A stretch of 64,000 nucleotides of DNA from Guillardia theta CCMP2712 (taxonomy: Eukaryota; Protista; Cryptophyta). Positions 62,575 through 64,000 of this stretch are shown one piece after another. The position numbers were made by a program, and so were the translations under genes. The notes under the pieces are model-generated. The model did not search any database and was not told the origin of the DNA. It saw nothing but the letters and a program-made list of their open reading frames with translations. Each line of letters starts with the position of its first letter. Position 1 is the stretch's first letter. The stretch lies in NCBI RefSeq assembly GCF_000315625.1, contig NW_005434577.1:160147-224146 (forward strand). The letters run 5' to 3'.

Positions 62575-63849
62575 CTCGACTCACGTCGGATCAGGTCGAC
62601 GCTATGGGCGGGCAGCAGAGTCAGCATTATCGTCTCTTCCAGCAGTACTGCAGTGAAGCCTACATCATCTTGCGTCGACGAGCAGAGTTCTTCATCAACC
62701 TGATGATGCTGATGAAGGTGACGGAGACGAAGAGGAAGGAAGAGGAGGAGGAGCAAGAGGAGGACGAGGACGAGGAATGAGAAGAAGGGGCAAGAGAGAG
62801 AGCGAGGGAGCAGCAGTGGTGTAGTAGTGGGAGGAGGAGGACAAGGAATGGAACGGACGAAGGCGAGGGAGAGAAAAGAGACGGAGGAGAAAAGAGATCA
62901 GCGGGGAGACGGAGAGCGACTCAGAAATGAAGACGAGGACGAGGATGAAGGGACAACGAGGGACCTCTTGGAGTTGAGCATGACGATGATGATGAGGGGA
63001 GGGAGAGCGAGACGGAAGAGGGATCGTTGACGATGGTGATGGTTGAGTCTTGTTGCTGTCCTCACAGCTTGTCGATGATGTTGCTCGTCAGCGTCTGCCT
63101 CACTGACTCTCTCTCAGGACGCCAACATCCCGGACATCTCAGGGGTGCCAGGAAGGTAAAGACTTGCTGCTGCTAGACGAGAGGTCTTGTCACGTGTCGT
63201 CGCAGACCTGAAGACCCTGAGCGACAACTGTACAAGGTGAGGCTCTGGTGGGAGGGGCGGAGGGGCGGAGGGCATGGGGTCAGCGTCAGTGAGGGACTTG
63301 GCAGTTCTGGGAGAGGTTTCACCTGGAGATGTCCAACGAAGAAGCCTACAACCACATGCAGGCGAGAGACGAGGAGGAAGAGCAGGAGCGAGAAGCAGAG
63401 ACGGGGAGGAAGAGCAGGAGCGAGAAGCAGAGACGGGGAGAGAGGGGGAGAAGGGAAGGAGAGACGGGGAGAGAGCAGGGGAAGAGAAGGAGGGGGAAGA
63501 GGAAGGGAGGGAAGGAAGGAAGGAGATGGAGAGGGAGAGAAATGAAGGAAGGGAGAGGCATCAAGGGAAAGGAAGGGAGGGAGAGATGAGAGTGCAGGGG
63601 AAGGGAAGGGACTGAAGGGAAGGGGGAGAGGGGAGGGAGGAAAGGGAAAGAAGGCGAGGGGAGGGAGAGAAGTGGGGACGGGAGGGAGGCTTGGAGGAGA
63701 GACTGACGGTGGCGCAGGCTCTGATCTATCAAAGTCAGACAGCGTTTGTACCTCAGGTCAGCTGGGTCGCGAGGAAAGGATGAGAGTGACGAGGGTTGCA
63801 GATGGTGGAATGGGCGCACAAGCTGAAACAAGACTACTGGACTGCATGA
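59106..63849 (+). CDS. VPS34: Vps34 class III PI3K, copy E, with a 53-bp deletion in the activation-loop exon
   Basis: All exons present. The deletion at ~62375 removes [14 protein letters not shown] and the splice donor. Stop 63847-63849. Confidence 0.85.
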
Positions 63850-64000
63850 GGGGATAGCGATGCATGCGGAAAGATAGCGTTGTGCGCGCTTGCTCTTTGG
63901 TTTCATGACGGGATCACTTCGTGTGACAACACTGGATCGAGAGATACTTGTAGGAAGTTTTCCTAACAACGGTGTTGTTCATGTAGTAGTCCTCGAGCTC

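Noticed and set aside
8145-63849. Cassette as an autonomous transposon or provirus
   Set aside because: No transposase, RT, integrase, capsid, TIR/LTR or TSD seen; segmental duplication fits better.

Overview
Eukaryotic, intron-rich draft scaffold with many N gaps. It has short GT/GC-AG introns full of (CAT)n/(GAT)n/(CT)n tracts. A protist or alga such as a cryptophyte is my inference from sequence style only. After a multi-exon Obg-family GTPase gene (about 0.4-3.9 kb), almost the whole window is a tandem array of one head-to-head two-gene cassette. On the + strand is a 14-exon class III PI3-kinase (Vps34), normally a single-copy gene, here in 5 substantial near-identical copies plus 2 fragments. 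On the - strand, starting about 350-570 bp away, four separate ORF-track entries splice in frame into one protein of more than 2000 aa: unknown N-terminal domain, caspase-like C14 protease (GHG/DACR dyad), variable helical domain, charged linker, R-S-E ADP-ribosyltransferase, and a tandem array of 35-aa/105-bp ankyrin repeats that vary almost only at the ligand-binding positions. In one cassette the ART-ankyrin half is replaced by an intronless bacterial CrfC/YjdA-type dynamin-like GTPase. Vps34 copies are nearly invariant or decaying, whereas the partner shows mosaic blocks, repeat turnover and domain swapping. Together this suggests a rapidly evolving innate-immune or conflict locus. That function is a hypothesis, and copy number and order may be partly affected by assembly.
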